The position numbers and the translations under genes are program-made. From the NCBI GenBank assembly GCA_023459675.1, contig JAEWTC010000088.1, positions 1,157-65,156 of the forward strand: DNA of 64,000 bases, given 5' to 3'. The notes below the pieces were generated by a model. It saw only the letters and a list, made by a program, of their open reading frames with translations, had not been told where the DNA came from and searched no databases. Of the stretch, positions 62,991 to 64,000 are shown piece after piece; position 1 is the first letter of the stretch, and each line of letters starts with the position of its first letter. Source of the DNA: Bacillota bacterium. GTDB taxonomy: Bacteria > Bacillota > Clostridia > Christensenellales > Aristaeellaceae.

Positions 62991-64000
62991 TTGGCCAAAT
63001 CGAAACGGAAACAAAGCCGCCACTGGAAGCCGCTTCTTTTTCTGACCGCCGTGCTTTTGCTGGCCTTGGCGTTCGTGCTGCTGCTGCCGGCGATCCGGGC
63101 GAAATTCCCCGGGAAAAACGGCGCGTCCGCCCCGTATACGCCGACGTACAAAACCATCGCGGTGCATGATCCGGCGCAGCTTGCGACCATTACCGTAACG
63201 CACGCGGACGGCAGCGCCTATACGCTGACCAACCAGAACGGCACGCTGGTGCTTTCCGCCGCAGGCATTGACCCCGAACCCATCAATCCGATGTACACGG
63301 AGTATATCCTGCAGTACGCCACCGCGATCTCCGTGGAAGACACCGTGGCGGAGCACGCGGACGAAGTGACGGACAGCCTTGCCGATATGGGGCTCGCGCC
63401 GCCGCAGATCACCGTGGAAACCGACTATGCCGACGGCAGCACCGTGACGATTGCGCTTGGGTATAACCTGGCCGATACGACCTACTACTACTACCGCTGG
63501 TCGGGCGACGACGGCGTGTACCTGTGCAACACCGGAGTCTACGAAACGTTCGAATACACCGCGGATCTGCTGCTGTCCATTACCCAGCCGACGATCCATG
63601 CCTCGCTGATCGAAAGCATCAGCGTTGCCAGAGCGGACGATGAGCCCATCGTTTGCACGTTCGGGGCGGACGGCGGCGCCGCCGCTTCCCTGCAAAGCCC
63701 GTACGTTTACCCCATGGATCCGGACGCCGCCGACGCCCTGCGCAGCGCCGCGGAAAACTTCCGCCTCGGCGCACGCCTTCTGCCCGTAACGGATGAGAAC
63801 CGCAGCGCGTACGGGCTGGACGCTCCGCAGGCGGTGGTGAAAATCGCCCAGCGCGAAGGGCTGGACGCGCGGATCGACGCCGCGGGAGTCCTCACAGGCG
63901 CCCCGCTGGAGCCGTCGGTGATCACGCTGAACATCGGGGCGAAGGACGGCGATTTTTTCTATTACTGCGAGTACGCGGGCACATGTTACCGCGTGTCAAG
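62991..64000 (+). CDS. DUF4340-like protein (5' part; runs off the window end)
   Basis: Not in the ORF track because no stop is reached. TTG 62991 with GGAGG 9 nt upstream, and I read the frame open to nt 64000. N-terminal TM (LLFLTAVLLLALAFVLLL). AYGLDAPQAVVKI resembles the DUF4340 YGLD.P motif. The typical gene after gldG-like genes. Confidence 0.65.
   Translation, partial: MAKSKRKQSRHWKPLLFLTAVLLLALAFVLLLPAIRAKFPGKNGASAPYTPTYKTIAVHDPAQLATITVTHADGSAYTLTNQNGTLVLSAAGIDPEPINPMYTEYILQYATAISVEDTVAEHADEVTDSLADMGLAPPQITVETDYADGSTVTIALGYNLADTTYYYYRWSGDDGVYLCNTGVYETFEYTADLLLSITQPTIHASLIESISVARADDEPIVCTFGADGGAAASLQSPYVYPMDPDAADALRSAAENFRLGARLLPVTDENRSAYGLDAPQAVVKIAQREGLDARIDAAGVLTGAPLEPSVITLNIGAKDGDFFYYCEYAGTCYRVS

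Overview
This is a visibly GC-rich chromosomal segment (by eye about 60% G+C, with strong G/C at third codon positions). It carries Firmicutes/Clostridia hallmarks: AbrB, a T-box-controlled metG, SecDF, a BMP-type nucleoside ABC transporter, an AraR-type arabinose regulon and a YesM/YesN-type two-component system. My guess is an Oscillospiraceae/Ruminococcaceae-like anaerobe (inference only). I call 58 CDS (one fragment at each window edge), three minus-strand tRNAs (Leu-UAG, Gly-GCC, Gly-UCC, 53391-53684) and one T-box leader. I also list promoters, terminators and operators that can be read from consensus. Gene content, left to right: split chromate transporter; EPS-type sugar transferase + nucleotidyltransferase + galE; TetR + ABC-2 exporter; tiny zinc-ribbon protein; TM1266-like small regulator; a purine-salvage block (xpt, BMP-family nucleoside ABC transporter, guaA); secDF; abrB; T-box-metG-tatD; rpmB; two secreted proteins; trxB; dppA-like peptidase; GNAT; isochorismatase-like hydrolase; flavodoxin; ABC-F ATPase; a 1129-aa zinc-ribbon/TM/repeat protein coupled to an acyltransferase and an M29 aminopeptidase; araR-araBDA; Fe-ADH; a YtfQRT/YjfF-like sugar ABC transporter with an adjacent binding-protein/kinase/AraC-regulator sensor; the tRNA cluster; a YtrA-type GntR-ABC operon; an ECF sigma/anti-sigma pair; an HD hydrolase; and a GldA/F/G-like ABC system + DUF4340. 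I saw no transposase, integrase, phage genes, CRISPR-cas, or recognisable defence/RiPP/secretion cluster, so I cannot point to a clear multi-gene novel system. The least explained sequence is mostly non-coding. (1) An ~870-bp gene-free mosaic (52520-53390) between the tRNA cluster and the sensor operon is built from two repeat families. One family shows compensatory stem changes between copies, making it a candidate structured RNA or REP-like element. (2) A 5-copy 37-bp tandem array follows galE (4364-4545). Its core recurs inside a ~200-nt highly structured intercistronic element of the nucleoside ABC operon (12522-12722). (3) The large repeat protein at 31707-35096 has no assignable function. 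Most long ORFs in the six-frame track that lie antisense to the called genes are GC-driven shadow ORFs.
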